From positions 28,092,748-28,127,506 of the forward strand of contig NC_068982.1 in the NCBI RefSeq assembly GCF_001194135.2: a stretch of 34,759 nucleotides of DNA. Direction: 5' to 3'. Shown one piece after another: positions 34,706 to 34,759 of this stretch. The notes below the pieces were generated by a model that was not told the DNA's origin, searched no databases, and was given only the letters and a program-made list of their open reading frames with translations. The position numbers and the translations under genes were made by a program. Source of the stretch: Octopus bimaculoides (Eukaryota). Numbering within the stretch: position 1 is the first letter of the stretch; each line of letters opens with the position of its first letter.

Positions 34706-34759
<54 letters not shown>
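34448..34759. repeat. (CATA)n then (CA)n microsatellites
   Basis: Seen directly. Confidence 0.93.

Overview
AT-rich, microsatellite- and transposon-dense animal genomic DNA with five N-gaps. The SINE families look like those of Octopus (recognised from memory, not searched). Two protein-coding genes are supported, both on the minus strand. (1) The 5' part of PRPF31 (U4/U6.U5 tri-snRNP protein Prp31): four coding exons at 8060-8227, 5808-5865, 4063-4146 and 1431-1528, with the gene continuing beyond the left edge. (2) An intronless, secreted chitin-deacetylase-like CE4 gene at 25359-26351 with intact catalytic motifs and a nearby TATA box. The rest is tRNA-derived SINEs (some in head-to-tail stacks), decayed LINEs (RTE, CR1-like, R4/Dong), a Penelope-like remnant, maT/DD37D mariner and hAT/Buster remnants, MITEs and simple repeats. 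The most notable unannotated signals are three. First, a type I hammerhead ribozyme with an intact core at 12414-12497. Second, another hammerhead core inside a 66-bp terminal-inverted-repeat element at 16125-16528, with several decayed hammerhead-like motifs nearby. Third, a ~95%-identical inverted SINE pair bracketing exactly three PRPF31 exons (240 nt, in frame), a candidate circRNA, exon-skipping or A-to-I editing substrate. There is no CRISPR, rRNA or convincing tRNA gene. Nothing here proves a wholly new system: hammerheads in Penelope-like elements are known in animals.
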